The notes under the pieces: generated by a model
The model's input: the letters and a program-made list of their open reading frames with translations, nothing else
The model's database searches: none
Told to the model about the DNA's origin: nothing
Made by a program: the position numbers and the translations under genes
Origin: Heterodontus francisci
Lineage: Eukaryota
Length of the DNA: 64,000 bases
Assembly: GCF_036365525.1 (NCBI RefSeq)
Contig: NC_090404.1
Location: 10,416,001 to 10,480,000 of the forward strand
Direction of reading: 5' to 3'
Shown here: in pieces, positions 62,647-64,000 of the stretch
How positions within the stretch are numbered: the first letter of the stretch is position 1
Layout of the letters: each line of letters starts with the position of its first letter

Positions 62647-63239
62647 CTACGGGGATGTATAGGAGGAATATGTTTAAATCGTTTATTAATCCTAAATATA
62701 AGATTGTCATTTTACATTCGCAGTTCTCTTCCTAAAACTATTATTTTGTTCTTCAATTTAATGTTCAATGCACATCTATTGTTGATTTAATCACGTTCAG
62801 CAATCTATCTCTGTTACTAACTACACAGCCGTTCTTCCTTTATGACCCTCGTCCAGGTGTTGGAAAATGTGCTAGTTTTTTTTCCTCAGTGTCAGGCGCT
62901 ACTTTATTTTGGATCAATTTCGTTCTATCATTAGGGATTATTATGGTGAGATATTGAGGGAGGTTTACTGATGGATAGCAATTATATTGTAGATCGGTTC
63001 AGATAGCTACTTATTTGGAGATTGTCAATGGTGCTGGGTGAGAGATCGGATGTGAGTTCCAATCTTGTTAGTTTTTTGCGATGAAAGTGGTTGGTAAATC
63101 ATTAATTTATCTCAATTTCTAAGTGCGAACATTGTTTCATTGTGATTGCAGGTCCAGCATTTATTAAGGAAATTGTTGGAGTCGGTGTCTGTTTAAATAG
63201 TGCATTTGAATTCTGCCTCCATCTTTTGTCTGGAGTTAT

Positions 63240-63494
63240 TGTTTGTGCGCTTTAGTGTTTGTGTATGTGTGTATGAGCATCGCTTGCTTTGCATTACCCT
63301 GTGTTTGTGTATCCATGTGTGCGTGTGTGTGAGTGATAATAAGTGTATTTATTTGTTTGTTTGTTTGCGTACCTAAATGTGAGTGTATTACTGCGCTTGT
63401 TTATATGTTGATGGCTGTGTGTACGTGCCGTTGTATGTTAATGTGTGTTAATGTGCCAATGTGCATTGAAATATGTATTCAGGTGACCGCCTGT

Positions 63495-63529
<35 letters not shown>

Positions 63530-63690
63530 ATGAGCGTATTGATATTTGTTTATGTGTGTTTGTGTCCCTATTAGTCTGTTAATCTGTGTTTCTATGCTAA
63601 TGGATGTGTTTATGTTTCCCTGTAAATTAATGTGTTTTCATGTGTCAATGTTCTTAAGCGATGTGTTAATGAGCTTGCTTATGTCTTCTT
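63240..63690 (+). repeat. TG-rich low-complexity tract with (TG)n
   Basis: Direct reading. Confidence 0.8.
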
Positions 63691-63691
63691 G

Positions 63692-64000
63692 TGTCCCCAG
63701 GTCCGGATGGGATCTATCCCAGGTTACTGTGGGAAGCGAGGGAGGAAATAGCTGGGGCCTTAACAGATATCTTTGCAGCATCCTTAAACACGGGTGAGGT
63801 CCCGGAGGACTGGAGAATTGCTAATGTTGTCCCCTTGTTTAAGAAGGGTAGCAGGGATAATCCAGGTAATTATAGACCGGTGAGCCTGACGTCAGTGGTA
63901 GGGAAGCTGCTGGAGAAGATACTGAGGGATGGGATCTATTCCCATTTGGAAGAAAATGGGCTTATCAGTGATAGGCAACATGGTTTTGTGCAGGGAAGGT
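63692..64000 (+). mobile_element. CR1 LINE RT fragment running off the window
   Basis: Encodes GEVPEDWRIANVVPLFKKGSRDNPGNYRPVSLTSVVGK. Confidence 0.9.

Overview
Cartilaginous-fish (shark-type) genomic DNA from an antigen-receptor locus, most consistent with the V region of the TCR alpha/delta locus. It holds two NAR-TCR cassettes (VNAR-like V, D, J, long intron, leaderless supporting V-delta) arranged as an inverted duplication whose supporting V genes point at each other. The + cassette starts just after its NAR V, which lies outside the window. Further on are three apparently intact TCR alpha/delta-like V genes, several V pseudogenes and, at the right end, the TM1/TM2 exons and polyA signal of an Ig heavy-chain gene on the - strand. 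Much of the window is CR1 LINE, plus a Tx1-like LINE, SINEs and Penelope-like palindromic fragments. The most unusual feature: each supporting V-delta is followed by a tandem array of 62-63 bp units, each a complete heptamer/23-spacer/nonamer recombination signal sequence (RSS). There are 8 units on + and about 19 on -, and both arrays are split by later CR1 insertions. Several V genes also carry CTCF-like motifs 21 bp beyond the RSS nonamer. All calls were made by eye without database searches. Repeat boundaries are approximate, and species and Ig isotype are not determined.
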